DNA from: a plasmid
Sequence record: NC_009705.1
Direction: 5' to 3' (one strand)
DNA length: 64,000 nucleotides
Shown here in pieces: positions 1-10,541 of this stretch (the stretch's first letter is position 1; each line of letters begins with the position of its first letter). Made by a program: the position numbers and the translations under genes. The notes below the pieces were generated by a model. It worked only from the letters and a program-made list of their open reading frames with translations. It had not been told where the DNA came from and did not search any database.

Positions 1-108
1 AGAGCCGTTACTTTAATTAGAGTGAAAACAAAAACCAATTGAATTACATGAAAAGATAACAGCAATGTCTTAATACCGATTTTCTATTATAAACTCACCT
101 AACATTTA

Positions 109-223
109 CCCCAAAGCCTGCCTAAACTATTCTACAAACCCTACCTAAATTTAACTCCAAAGTAGCCTAAATTATTTACCAAAGCCACCTAATTTTTTAT
201 CCGAAGCCACCACGCAACCAACT
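109..223. repeat. Four to five tandem imperfect ~22-23 bp direct repeats (core CAAAGCC-n-CCTAAATTATTTA); iteron-like
   Basis: Units read directly at ~111-134, 135-156, 157-179, 180-200, 201-223. The period of ~22 bp is about two helical turns. They lie in a non-coding leader upstream of the first ORF. Confidence 0.6.
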
Positions 224-273
224 GATTACAAACAACAAATTGGCATTCCTAAAGTATTTAATCTTTTATAAAG

Positions 274-294
274 AAAAGAGAAAAGAGAAAAGAG
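274..294. repeat. (AAAAGAG)3 heptamer repeat followed by an AT-rich tract (300-560)
   Basis: aaaagag repeated three times at 274-294; the downstream ~260 bp are >75% A+T. Confidence 0.6.
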
Positions 295-583
295 AAGAAA
301 CCAAAGATCGCGACCGCACAGCGCTCGTTTTCTTTTTTAATTCTTAATATCTCCGGTAATTTTAGTTTTTACTTTTTATACAATACTTGTACTTATAAAT
401 TACGATTATTGTAATATCTATATATACAATACATTGTAAAACAACGAGAAATACCTATAACAACATATGTCATACAAATATATTATCTATTTATTGTTGC
501 TTTGATGAAGACACTCATTTATATTTTTACTCAGAAATAGCCAAATAACTTCCAACTTATTATTTACTTAATTACACACGCAT

Positions 584-1870
584 ATGAGGTGCTGTATGAG
601 TTTCAATCCTGATGCTTTAAATAATAAAAGTTCATCGAGTAATACTGCTAATCCAGCGCCTCAAAAACCTGAGCGTTTAATTATGATTGTGGAAAGCTAT
701 GAAACTCCTGAAAGTGGTTTTCATTATGCAGTTGGCCATAAATTTAATGATATCGATGCGAAAGTACGTGTGCGTCTGAATACAGTTGATGAGCGTTGTA
801 AAGATCGTCCTAAGTCGGACGCGAATAAAGTTAAAGATCAGTATGTATCCGGTGAAAACACAAGAGATACAATTGCTGACAAACAAAAATCAAATATTAA
901 ATTTATTTCTTTTGATGATTCTACTCTTCTTGCTGAGAATGAAGGGGTGAGTGAGTATCGCGCCCACTGGGGAAAAACGATGTCAACTGATCCTACTGCT
1001 GAAATTATTTCAGGGGTAGGGCATATCCGCCTACGGCAACCGGAAAATGGTTCTGAACGAAGTGCAGAAGCCTATATTGAATTCATTAAAGACGCACAAC
1101 CTGCGGTAAAGAAAAACATCAAGCAGTTACTGACTAGTGGGTTGGCGACTAAAGATGAACAGGGGCGAGCACGAGATCCCTTTGTCATCCTGCGTGTGGG
1201 CTATGACGATAAATTAGTGACGACTGTCCGACTGTTTCCTGCCACAGAGACTAAAGCTGTTTTTGACCAGAATTTGGGGTCAAATAAAGAAATTAGGATT
1301 CCTGCGGATGCAGATAAAACGATTGAACATCTTTTGTCAGGTAATCCACTAAGCAACAGTCCTACAACTTCATATGTTGATAATCAAGCTGATACCGTTC
1401 GCGCTATTGTTGCAGGATTGTTGGGACGAAAAGAACCAACATTTAATGTGCCATCAAATAAAGACCGTAACCTAAATATCTATCATGGTGCCAAAGGGGG
1501 TCAGTTGAATTTTGAATTGATCTCCTGTGAAAAAATTGATTTTGGCATTGATAGTCGTAAAACATACCTTAATGATAAATCGCGACCTCATCTCGCCGCT
1601 TATGACATCAAGTCAGGTGATGAAGGTAACGATAAACAACAATTTGTGACGTCTGGCTATACCGAAACGGTACTTGCCATTCATCGTCATCCCGATGGTG
1701 AACCCTATGCTGTGTTTGCATCGCCAAAAGAGATGTGGCCTAAAACACAGATTATGAAAAACTTGACCATCGATAAATTAATTATTACGACGCCTGAGAA
1801 TAAACCAGTACACGAAGAGGAGAAGAGTGCCAAGGTAAATAAAGAAGAAGATCGTTCGTTGTCGCTCTAA
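584..1870 (+). CDS. hypothetical protein (428 aa); the likelier start is ATG 596, which is preceded by GAGGTG
   Basis: Long ORF. A GAGGTG Shine-Dalgarno lies 6-8 nt upstream of ATG 596. A rho-independent terminator follows. I see no recognisable motifs. Confidence 0.6.
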   Translation: MRCCMSFNPDALNNKSSSSNTANPAPQKPERLIMIVESYETPESGFHYAVGHKFNDIDAKVRVRLNTVDERCKDRPKSDANKVKDQYVSGENTRDTIADKQKSNIKFISFDDSTLLAENEGVSEYRAHWGKTMSTDPTAEIISGVGHIRLRQPENGSERSAEAYIEFIKDAQPAVKKNIKQLLTSGLATKDEQGRARDPFVILRVGYDDKLVTTVRLFPATETKAVFDQNLGSNKEIRIPADADKTIEHLLSGNPLSNSPTTSYVDNQADTVRAIVAGLLGRKEPTFNVPSNKDRNLNIYHGAKGGQLNFELISCEKIDFGIDSRKTYLNDKSRPHLAAYDIKSGDEGNDKQQFVTSGYTETVLAIHRHPDGEPYAVFASPKEMWPKTQIMKNLTIDKLIITTPENKPVHEEEKSAKVNKEEDRSLSL

Positions 1871-1912
1871 ATGAGCAATGTAAAAAGGTAAATTGGGGTG
1901 GGGTGTAAAAAT

Positions 1913-1945
1913 AAGGGGTGGCTTATGTCACCCCTTTTTATCGTT
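1913..1945 (+). terminator. rho-independent terminator
   Basis: The hairpin aaggggtg-gcttatgtc-acccctt is followed by a T-run. Confidence 0.6.
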
Positions 1946-1963
1946 TTATAAGGTTGGTTTGCT

Positions 1964-4900
1964 ATGTCACTTAATAAAGAACAAAAAACGAAAGCAATAG
2001 GGATAATCACTAAATCTCAGTCAATCATGTTGTCAGATAAAATTCAAACAGACACCCAAAGTGATCAAAATATTTACTATTCAGCCAGACCTATTTGGTT
2101 TGGCTTATTGGACTCATTAAGAAAAGAAGGGATCGTTGATAATGATAAAAACACCACTCAAGTGGAAAATATTATTGTCACAAACAACGCTATTCCCTTT
2201 GAGTTGATTGAACGTAATGAGTTGTCGCCAGTTAGCTCTGGATCACTGATTTCATTAGCGAATGAAATTTTAGAAAATGAAGCCAACTTCTTATTGTATA
2301 GTCCAATGAGTAAAGCGGTTACTGTTATTTGGCGTCCCGCTAAGCAGTATTGTCTAGACAAATTCATATGCAAAGATGTGGGTGAAGCCATACAGGATGA
2401 AAACATTGTTAATGTCTATCTTACAGATGATGAAGTCGCTAACCGCCTGTTAACCTCAATATCTTGGGGATATACCAAAGATCTCACTCGCACAAAGATT
2501 ATAAACAGATATATCACCGACGACTTTGATAGCTGCTTACATTTGGCTGAGCTAAGCAACATAATAGAGGGCATTCATCCTGAATTCAGTAAAACAGGTG
2601 ACGTTAAACAGAACATAGAGCGTTTTCTTCAACGACAGACCGACACTGATCCAAGACGTGCAGCGCGAAGTGCCAAATACTGGGTAGAGAAATATACAGG
2701 TTCTGCCCCTTTCACCTTATCGCCGAATCTTGCCAAGCAGTATGGCAACGAGTTACTTACTCTGGTGGCTCAATATGACCAAGAGAAGCAAGCCGAAACC
2801 ACAAACACTCAGAACAATCCAAATAAGCTAAAAAGGTCAACCAAATGGGTTGATTTGGCAACTCATAATCTCTATTTAGGGGAACAGCACTTCTCTGATA
2901 ACAGAGATCGCCTAATGCTGGTTGACCTCGATAACTTCATCACTAAGAACAAGCGGCTAGAAGAGCTAAAAAACATTGGTTTTATCCCCCTCGCTGGTAC
3001 ACCTCGATTTGAAGGGGGCATTTACTACCTAACAAGTGAAGATCAGCGTCTCAAACCCTCATCACTTGCAGCGGCACTGGGCATCAACAGATGTCCTGTC
3101 ATTGAAATGGATATAGATGACATTCCGAAAATGTTCAAAGCCAAAGTATTTGAGCGCTTCGAAATTAACGTTAATGCGCTATCTCTAAGTTCTGAGTTAT
3201 TAGGCACCAATAGCGATGGACATGAGGTATTCAACTCGCCAACGGGACGCTTTATTCGGCAAAGCAAATTTGACGTTATTCTAGAAGGCACAGATGCAGC
3301 CGATAACGTCGGTCATACCTCATTTTTACGCGCCCGATCCAATCAAGACCTGCGATTGTGCGCTGAACTGTTTGTTAAGGACATATTCAACGGTGGCCGC
3401 AAACAGTGGACTGATGTCACCAAATTCGCTCAAGTCATTTTTCCCGACGGCCATGCTGATGACCGCCAGCTACACCAATTACAGGAAGCAATTGAAGCGG
3501 CATCATATCGTACTTTTGCTGCTCGCTCGGTTGATGTTAGCGATCAGGACGCATTCGATCTGGCCAAAAACGTCTACTACGGCCTCCCTGTTGCCCGAAT
3601 GCGAACGGGTGAAAGTCTCTCTCTACAACAATATTCAACAACACTTCCCCTCAGCGTGGTCGCGCAACGCTTAGTCATCGGAAAAGACCATACTGAAGGC
3701 AAATCACTCATCGAACCTACCGCAGGTAATGGTGGCTTACTCAACCGCATTGGCCCCAATATCAAGAAATACCTAATGGAACTCGATCCTAATCGGATTG
3801 ATGCGCTAAAAGAGGCATTCCCAGATGCAATCATCGCGCAGGGGGATGCCACATTGATCCCCTTCAGCCAAACCTTTGACCTGCAAAAAGGGGTTGATTA
3901 TGTCATCACCAATCCCCCGTTTGGCAGAATGGATACACCCAAGTCTTTTGACGTCCTACCGAACGTCAGGCGACTGGATCACTACATTGCGTTACAGGCA
4001 TTAAAAGCGCGTAAAAATAATGGCCGTGCGGTACTGATCCTTGGGGCAGATAAAAACCAATCTGATGGAACACTCAGTGGTGGCTCTAAAAACCTCATGT
4101 ACTACCTGAATGACTTCTATCAGGTCGAAGGGGCCGTAGAATTAGACGGGCGGCTCTATGCGCGTCAGGGAGCGGCATTCAATATCCGTGTCGTTGTGGT
4201 CGGACAAAAAAGAGACCAACCAATACAAGCTGTGATACCCGAAAAACTACCGGTACTCACGACTTACGATGAATTGTGGGATTGGTCAGAAGGGCTGATA
4301 ACACGTTATGAAGCCGATCATCACATACCCACTCTTCAGCAGAATAACGAGGCTGAACCTGAACTGCCTGTGCCACGACTCAATGTGCCACAACCGCAGG
4401 GTCAACCCAAAGCCTCAGCAGAGCCGAAAGCTAAAGCCCCTGCAAAAAGCCGAGCTAAGCGAGTAACGGCGCATTCAGACTCAGCTAACTCACCGGATTC
4501 AGATACTCCTATTACGGGGGAACCAGCACAAATTAGTGATTCATCTCTAGGACACCAAGTTACCACTAATGAACCACCAAAAACGGACAGTACAGATATC
4601 CAAAAGGCCAAGAATCCGCAAAAAACCGTGGTGCGAAACATCAATGAATTTCAGGCTCCCTATCAGGCCGCAAGCAAATTAGGCACAGCCACGGCGATGA
4701 TCCCCATTAACATGAGTGCAGCAACCTATTCTGCCCTTAACCGTTTAGAGATGCGCTATGGTTCAGTGGATGATTATGTTTCAGACAAATTAAAATACCG
4801 TAAAGAAGATCTGTCATCCTATTTCAGCCCTGAACAGATAGACGCTATCGCCTTGGGAATTTCAGCGGTTGAGAACAACAGAGGCATGATCAATGCTGAC

Positions 4901-7900
4901 CAGACAGGGATTGGCAAAGGCCGATTTGTGGCCGCAATGCTACGCTATGCACGATTGAATAATAAGCTGCCAATATTCTTATCAGTCAAACCTGAACTAT
5001 TCACCGATATCTTCAGAGATATCAGTGATATTAATAGTATGGAACTATTCAAAAAACCGTTTATTTTCAATAATACGGTCAATGTCAAAGTGTATGGTTC
5101 CGAAAGCGAAGAGCTATTTCCCGCGACATCTAAAAAAGAATTAAATGATGCCCTTCTCAAAGGCGAAGTTGAAAACACCGTTGATTTAGTAATGTCTACC
5201 TACTCACAATTTGGCCGAGAACGCAGTAAAAATAAAAAAGCAGGGTTACTACTTTCACTAGCCAATAAAGATGCCATGATCATCTTGGATGAGTCCCACA
5301 TCGCGGCTGGATCGTCCAACACAGCAGATATTGTGAGTGATGCAGTGCTTAATTCAGGCAGTGCGCTCTATGCATCATCAACCCCGATCAAAGGCTGCTC
5401 TAACTTCAGTCTCTACAGTAAGTGCTTCCCATCCTCAGTCGATATCCTCAACTTATCAGAAACCCTCACCCTTGGCGGGGAGGGCTTACAAGAGGCTATC
5501 TCTGCGAACATGGCTCAGGATGGATCAATTAGTCGTCGGGAACACGATTATTCAAAATTGACCTTTGAAACCCGCTATCCCTCACCGGAAAATGAACAGC
5601 GCAACCGTGACTTAATGGATAAAGTCGCAGACATTTTATCAGAAATGGCATACCTGTCTGGTGATGTGAATTCAATTGTTAAATCAATTAATACTGATGC
5701 TAAACATGAGTGGGAGTCCATCCCTGAAGCATTACGAAGTGGCAACCGGATGGGGGCCAGTAGTATGAACTTCTCGTCTCGGCTCTATAACATCTCTCGA
5801 CAATTTATCTTAGGGATAAAAACAGAAGAGACCGCCACCGCTGCGCTGGAGGCACTCGCTGCGGGGATGAAGCCCGTGGTTGCCGTGGAAAATACAGGTG
5901 AATCGTTATTACGGCAGTTAATTGCCAGCAAAACGGGTTCAGATGAATTATCTGATGAACTTGAAACACTCGATGAGAAGGGCGCACTAACACCCGATGA
6001 AGCCCTGCGGCGGCAACTGCTGGTTGACTCAATGGCCAGTGCGAGTAAAGAGATACTCTTTGAACAAAGTCCTCAATTCAGAGATCTCTTGGAAATAGTA
6101 CTGGATAGACTGGCCAAAATCACGATCCGTGGCCGTTATGGTGATGTGACTACGCAAAATGCGGCTGAAGATCCTGAATATTTTGAAAAACAGGAAGATG
6201 TGCGCGAAAAAATACGCAATTTCCCTGATCTATCACTGATGCCGATCGATGAGTTTAAGCATAGCTTACAAAGCCAAGGCTTCAGAGTTGCGGAAGTCTC
6301 AGGGCGTAAAGTATCGCTGATCCCCGTAGTGATAAATAATCAGTCAATGTGGCGTGTTTCATTCCATGAAAAAGCCGATGCGGTATCAAATGTTGCTGGA
6401 TTCCAGAATGGCAAATATGACGCTATCGTCATCACTCGTTCTGGATCAACGGGCATATCCCTTCACTCATCAAATCGGTTTGCCGATTCTGATATCCGCC
6501 AACGCTATTTTATTGTGCAACAAAAAGCCGCCAACATTTCAGAGTTTTTACAGTGGATGGGGCGGGTAAACAGAAAAGATCAGGTTATCCCGCCGATTAT
6601 CGTGAATATTGAAAGTGGCCTGCCTGCTGAAGCAAGACAGACCATGATGCACAACAGCAAATTACGCAAATTATCCGCGAATACAACCAGTAACAGGGAA
6701 AATGAAAACCTTGAAGGCGACGAAGATCTCCTCAATTCTGTCGGCGACAAGATTGCTTTAGAGTATTTGACTGAAAATCCCGATATTGCTGACGCCTTGG
6801 ACATCGCGCTGCCTAAAGCAGGGGAATCCCCTAGTTCCTCTGCTTCCGAAAACCCATACATCAACAAATTGATGGGCCGCTTGATGATGATCCCTGTCAA
6901 TCAGCAAGAGACGGTATTAAAACTGCTATCGGAGCGCTTCATTGAACGAATAGAACAACTGGAACAGGAAGGCATCAATCCCTTCAAAGTCGATGTCTAT
7001 GACTGGAAAGCAGAGGTGGTCTCAGAACAGGATATGCAAACAGGCAACCTCTCGGCCTCTGATAGCTCATTTGACGAGCCTGTAAAAATAGTTGAAGTCA
7101 ATTATCAAATCGTGGTTCAGCCAATGAGATTTGATGAATTAATACGTCACATCAAGCGCAACAACAACGCTCTGTTTAAAGACGATGAGGGCCGACTCGA
7201 TATTGCAGGCAAAATGACAAAATTTAAGGATGCATTAAAAATGTATCAGGAGCAGTTTGTCAAAGATCACCTACCGGCTAAAGCGAAAAAGATTCAATTA
7301 TCACTGACGGAGATATCCAAGCTTGAAGATGCTCTAGGGGCTAAATCTGCCTTGGAAAAGTCTGAATACCTGATTAAAACGATGGATTTCTACAAAGCGG
7401 GCAGACACGTTGAATTTACTGATGCGGATACCTCCGATATCCGTGTTGGCGTCATTGCCGAAATTGATTTCCCACGGGAGCGCAGCCAACTCTTCTTACT
7501 CTCCAAATACAGAATGAAAATAGCCTTTGCGGGCGATGAAAAACTCACTGAAATGTCACTGGCCTCATTGAGAGCAAGGAATACCAGTCTGGACAACTAT
7601 GCTAGAGCAGACATTGATCCCGATAAAACACTGGAGCAATATTATTATCAGCAGCGTAAAGAAATTGAAGCCACAGAGTTAGAGTTCAATAATGCGCCTA
7701 CTGGATTGTTAACTAAGCAAAAGTTTTTATTAGAAGGTAATATTTACCGAGCTTGTGAAATTGCCGCCGAACAACAAATGGGTTATCCAGTTCTCTATAC
7801 TGATGTAGATGGGAACCGGAAAAGGGCCGTATTGATGAAAGAGCATATCACGCCTGATCACCTTAATGCCTTGCCACTCAGTATGAATGCCAACGATACT

Positions 7901-8365
7901 TTTAGCTATATTAATGAGTTTATCAAAGAGGATCACCCTGACAGAAGCGAGCACATAAAAAATAATGCATTACAACTGTTTGATTCACCTTCAAAATCCT
8001 TGGAGGATGGCAAAGGGGTTAAATTAATTTGGCGACCGAGCAGAAATTGTTTTGATTTAAGCATCTGCGGGATAAAATCACAAAATAATAATCTAATTAG
8101 CAATTCATTGATATTTGATGTGGGTGAAAAAACGCCGCACGACAGCCTTGCGATTAAAATTAGCGGTAATCGAGTCTGCATGAAGGGCGTGGTGAAAGTG
8201 GAAGATCTTGAAAAGTTATTAACGCGACTTGAAAACGGTAAGCATATCGGTAAGTTTTATATTCCCAGCCCAAAGTTAGAGATAATTAATGAATTAAAAC
8301 AGAAAAACAAAAATATAATGGAAAGTGTGCTTAAAAAAACTGATCACTACGACATGGTAATGTAG
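1964..8365 (+). CDS. Large (2133 aa) fusion protein: N6-adenine DNA methyltransferase domain + SNF2/DEAD-like helicase domain
   Basis: SAM-binding motif I EPTAGNGGLL is at ~3711-3740. Motif IV NPPF (VITNPPFG) is at ~3906-3926. Helicase motif I DQTGIGKGRF is at ~4897-4930. Motif II ILDESH is at ~5281-5300. There is a Pro/Lys/Ala-rich linker between the domains. Confidence 0.8.
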   Translation: MSLNKEQKTKAIGIITKSQSIMLSDKIQTDTQSDQNIYYSARPIWFGLLDSLRKEGIVDNDKNTTQVENIIVTNNAIPFELIERNELSPVSSGSLISLANEILENEANFLLYSPMSKAVTVIWRPAKQYCLDKFICKDVGEAIQDENIVNVYLTDDEVANRLLTSISWGYTKDLTRTKIINRYITDDFDSCLHLAELSNIIEGIHPEFSKTGDVKQNIERFLQRQTDTDPRRAARSAKYWVEKYTGSAPFTLSPNLAKQYGNELLTLVAQYDQEKQAETTNTQNNPNKLKRSTKWVDLATHNLYLGEQHFSDNRDRLMLVDLDNFITKNKRLEELKNIGFIPLAGTPRFEGGIYYLTSEDQRLKPSSLAAALGINRCPVIEMDIDDIPKMFKAKVFERFEINVNALSLSSELLGTNSDGHEVFNSPTGRFIRQSKFDVILEGTDAADNVGHTSFLRARSNQDLRLCAELFVKDIFNGGRKQWTDVTKFAQVIFPDGHADDRQLHQLQEAIEAASYRTFAARSVDVSDQDAFDLAKNVYYGLPVARMRTGESLSLQQYSTTLPLSVVAQRLVIGKDHTEGKSLIEPTAGNGGLLNRIGPNIKKYLMELDPNRIDALKEAFPDAIIAQGDATLIPFSQTFDLQKGVDYVITNPPFGRMDTPKSFDVLPNVRRLDHYIALQALKARKNNGRAVLILGADKNQSDGTLSGGSKNLMYYLNDFYQVEGAVELDGRLYARQGAAFNIRVVVVGQKRDQPIQAVIPEKLPVLTTYDELWDWSEGLITRYEADHHIPTLQQNNEAEPELPVPRLNVPQPQGQPKASAEPKAKAPAKSRAKRVTAHSDSANSPDSDTPITGEPAQISDSSLGHQVTTNEPPKTDSTDIQKAKNPQKTVVRNINEFQAPYQAASKLGTATAMIPINMSAATYSALNRLEMRYGSVDDYVSDKLKYRKEDLSSYFSPEQIDAIALGISAVENNRGMINADQTGIGKGRFVAAMLRYARLNNKLPIFLSVKPELFTDIFRDISDINSMELFKKPFIFNNTVNVKVYGSESEELFPATSKKELNDALLKGEVENTVDLVMSTYSQFGRERSKNKKAGLLLSLANKDAMIILDESHIAAGSSNTADIVSDAVLNSGSALYASSTPIKGCSNFSLYSKCFPSSVDILNLSETLTLGGEGLQEAISANMAQDGSISRREHDYSKLTFETRYPSPENEQRNRDLMDKVADILSEMAYLSGDVNSIVKSINTDAKHEWESIPEALRSGNRMGASSMNFSSRLYNISRQFILGIKTEETATAALEALAAGMKPVVAVENTGESLLRQLIASKTGSDELSDELETLDEKGALTPDEALRRQLLVDSMASASKEILFEQSPQFRDLLEIVLDRLAKITIRGRYGDVTTQNAAEDPEYFEKQEDVREKIRNFPDLSLMPIDEFKHSLQSQGFRVAEVSGRKVSLIPVVINNQSMWRVSFHEKADAVSNVAGFQNGKYDAIVITRSGSTGISLHSSNRFADSDIRQRYFIVQQKAANISEFLQWMGRVNRKDQVIPPIIVNIESGLPAEARQTMMHNSKLRKLSANTTSNRENENLEGDEDLLNSVGDKIALEYLTENPDIADALDIALPKAGESPSSSASENPYINKLMGRLMMIPVNQQETVLKLLSERFIERIEQLEQEGINPFKVDVYDWKAEVVSEQDMQTGNLSASDSSFDEPVKIVEVNYQIVVQPMRFDELIRHIKRNNNALFKDDEGRLDIAGKMTKFKDALKMYQEQFVKDHLPAKAKKIQLSLTEISKLEDALGAKSALEKSEYLIKTMDFYKAGRHVEFTDADTSDIRVGVIAEIDFPRERSQLFLLSKYRMKIAFAGDEKLTEMSLASLRARNTSLDNYARADIDPDKTLEQYYYQQRKEIEATELEFNNAPTGLLTKQKFLLEGNIYRACEIAAEQQMGYPVLYTDVDGNRKRAVLMKEHITPDHLNALPLSMNANDTFSYINEFIKEDHPDRSEHIKNNALQLFDSPSKSLEDGKGVKLIWRPSRNCFDLSICGIKSQNNNLISNSLIFDVGEKTPHDSLAIKISGNRVCMKGVVKVEDLEKLLTRLENGKHIGKFYIPSPKLEIINELKQKNKNIMESVLKKTDHYDMVM

Positions 8366-8384
8366 TTTTAAAATAGTATTCTTG

Positions 8385-8434
8385 TAAGCATCTCGATTTT
8401 GATTCAGAATAAAGAATCAACGAGATGCTTTTTA
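8385..8434 (+). terminator. rho-independent terminator after the MTase-helicase gene
   Basis: aagcatctcg ... cgagatgctt with an inner ttgattc/gaatcaa sub-hairpin, then TTTT. Confidence 0.6.
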
Positions 8435-8461
8435 CTTTAATATCCTATAAGGCATATTGCC

Positions 8462-8983
8462 GTGAATACAGATGATTTAACTGTAAATGGGGAGAGGGTT
8501 AATCTTTCCAAAGACAATGTAATTGAATTTTTCACCAAAGAAGGAATAGGTGAAATTCTACTTCGGTATATGAGTAAACTGGATTCAGTAGACCACTGGA
8601 CATTTGACTTCAATGAAAAAGAGGATGACAGTGAAATTAAACAAGTCATCACTGAAATGGAAACTTTATTTACTGAATACACTCACGTATTACATGATTT
8701 TCCTGATAAGATCAGTTACATATTGTCACACATGACAACAACAAGATGCCTATATCTTATAAACTTTATAGGATCACAAAACCCAAATTTCGTTACAGCA
8801 ATAGAAAATTTCTTAATTGATAACGCATCATTGAGTGAAAATGATGATGACAAAACAAACGTTAATACTATTCAACAGCGTTTTGATGCGATAGAACGCA
8901 CTAAAATGCTTAATCTTATTTTCTCAAATGAACGTTTTGAGAAAATAATACGCATTATGGGAGATAAGAATGTGCAGAACTGA
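8462..8983 (+). CDS. hypothetical cytoplasmic protein (173 aa, GTG start); first gene of a 7-gene operon
   Basis: The ORF has an AAGG Shine-Dalgarno. There is no signal peptide. It overlaps the start of the next gene. Confidence 0.5.
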   Translation: MNTDDLTVNGERVNLSKDNVIEFFTKEGIGEILLRYMSKLDSVDHWTFDFNEKEDDSEIKQVITEMETLFTEYTHVLHDFPDKISYILSHMTTTRCLYLINFIGSQNPNFVTAIENFLIDNASLSENDDDKTNVNTIQQRFDAIERTKMLNLIFSNERFEKIIRIMGDKNVQN

Positions 8984-9767
8984 GCCGGAATCAAACAGTA
9001 AATTAATTCTAAACCTGAAACACCACTCAGTATTAATCTTATTTTGTGGAACATTCTTCATATCCCCCAATGTTTTTTCTGCGGATAACTCTTCTTTATC
9101 TAATCAAGGCTCCGCGACAGCCACAAACCTTGAAGCAGAAGCTGCGACATGCGCCACGGGTGAGAAAGAGGGAACGATTGGATATGCCATCAAGCAGGCG
9201 GTAGCCGCACACACCAATATCGCGGCAGCAACGCCGGATGTCGAATCATTATTTGATGTTGATACAGACTGCTTTTCTGGTTTAAGCAGTCTGTATGATC
9301 TCTCATTTGCTATCCCTTCGATTGGTTCAATCATCGGTGCTGCACAAGATGCGGTAGTTAAATACGCAGAGAAGAAAGTATGCAGTGCCGTTGATAAAGT
9401 TTCAGGAATGGTTACACAGCCTGTCAATCAGGCAATTGATAAAGCTCAATCCTATTCGTCTATTGCAAACGGACAGGTCGGAGGCAGCTTATCTAAGTTA
9501 GATCCTGACTTAGGCTCTGAATATCATGGCGTCAAAGGGAAAGATTATAATTTAAATACGAATCCGTTTGATGCTACACAATCTCAGTCAAGTGCGAATA
9601 CCACTTCACCTGTTACAGTGAAAAGTTATTCCACACCATCGGTAGCCGCGCCAGAACCCGTCACAAATAACACACAGCAAATAACGAATTCTCAAGTTGA
9701 GAAAAATAATGATAACCAATCAAGTAACAATTCATACCTAAATAAATTAGGTGGATTGCTAAACTGA
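8970..9767 (+). CDS. secreted Ser/Thr/Asn-rich protein (265 aa)
   Basis: N-terminal hydrophobic signal peptide. A GGAGA Shine-Dalgarno is present. The C-terminus is low-complexity S/T/N/Q-rich. Confidence 0.6.
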   Translation: MCRTEPESNSKLILNLKHHSVLILFCGTFFISPNVFSADNSSLSNQGSATATNLEAEAATCATGEKEGTIGYAIKQAVAAHTNIAAATPDVESLFDVDTDCFSGLSSLYDLSFAIPSIGSIIGAAQDAVVKYAEKKVCSAVDKVSGMVTQPVNQAIDKAQSYSSIANGQVGGSLSKLDPDLGSEYHGVKGKDYNLNTNPFDATQSQSSANTTSPVTVKSYSTPSVAAPEPVTNNTQQITNSQVEKNNDNQSSNNSYLNKLGGLLN

Positions 9768-9786
9768 AACTAATAAGAGAATAATT

Positions 9787-10539
9787 TTGAGAACATCAAA
9801 TACCAAATATTTGCTATTTATCTGGCTATTTACTGCAAATAGTTATGCGGCCTCTTGGTTATCAGTCAGTCAATTGGCTACCACAATGCAACAAGAGTCA
9901 TCAGCGATGGCAATCACCGTCAAGCAAACCTCAATAGCCGCTAACCAAGAAGCATTGGGGATACTCAATACCGCTAAAACGGTTGCGGTAGCGCGAGGGG
10001 CTATTCAAATGACGAACCGCGTGGTTGATGCTTTCACCTCCTTTGAACCGGTATTTGGGCAATCATCCACTAACTCATGTTTGGCCCACATGCAAAATTC
10101 ATACGTTCTAGACTCATCGGCCCAAAGCAAAAAAGACGCGATCTCCTTAATGCAAAATTTCACCTCGAAACGTATCTCATCACAGTCAGCAGCGGATACT
10201 GAAATCATCAGCATTCACAAAGATGTTTATTGCACCGTCGGCGAAGCTAAAGCGGGAAGCTGCACCCTCAAACCCAACGGCATGCAAGGTTGGGACAGCA
10301 ATTACTCTGGTGCTTTTACGCAACGAACGCTATCACCTGATGCTGAATTGGCCGCTTACGCCTACACCGCGATGATCACCGATACCAGAGCGCCGCAAGC
10401 GATAGATTGCAAAAGTGCCAGTTGCCAATCAGCGTCATTGCAGCAACTGGCTTCATCCTCTGTAGCTTCAATGGCAGCAAACTCATTTATCGGGCAAATC
10501 ACAGATCGCCGTATTCCAGAATTAACATCAGGAAATTAA
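9787..10539 (+). CDS. secreted protein, paralogue 1 of a three-member family (250 aa)
   Basis: Signal peptide ...ANSYA. The motif YCTVGEAKAGSCTL is shared with the two following genes. Confidence 0.6.
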   Translation: MRTSNTKYLLFIWLFTANSYAASWLSVSQLATTMQQESSAMAITVKQTSIAANQEALGILNTAKTVAVARGAIQMTNRVVDAFTSFEPVFGQSSTNSCLAHMQNSYVLDSSAQSKKDAISLMQNFTSKRISSQSAADTEIISIHKDVYCTVGEAKAGSCTLKPNGMQGWDSNYSGAFTQRTLSPDAELAAYAYTAMITDTRAPQAIDCKSASCQSASLQQLASSSVASMAANSFIGQITDRRIPELTSGN

Positions 10540-10541
10540 TT

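Noticed and set aside
677..886. Many short minus- or plus-strand ORFs (60-135 aa) nested inside long genes. Examples are 677-886, 2158-2406, 3043-3852, 4402-4644, 19575-19979 and 46285-46740.
   Set aside because: They overlap long ORFs that carry clear protein motifs on the other strand. They have no RBS or motif support of their own. They are treated as frame-shadow ORFs.
10407..10541. The 5' extension of the ORF-track gene 10407-11687
   Set aside because: It overlaps the 3' end of the preceding paralogue in another frame. An ATG at 10542 directly after that gene's stop gives a textbook signal peptide, so the true start is taken as 10542.
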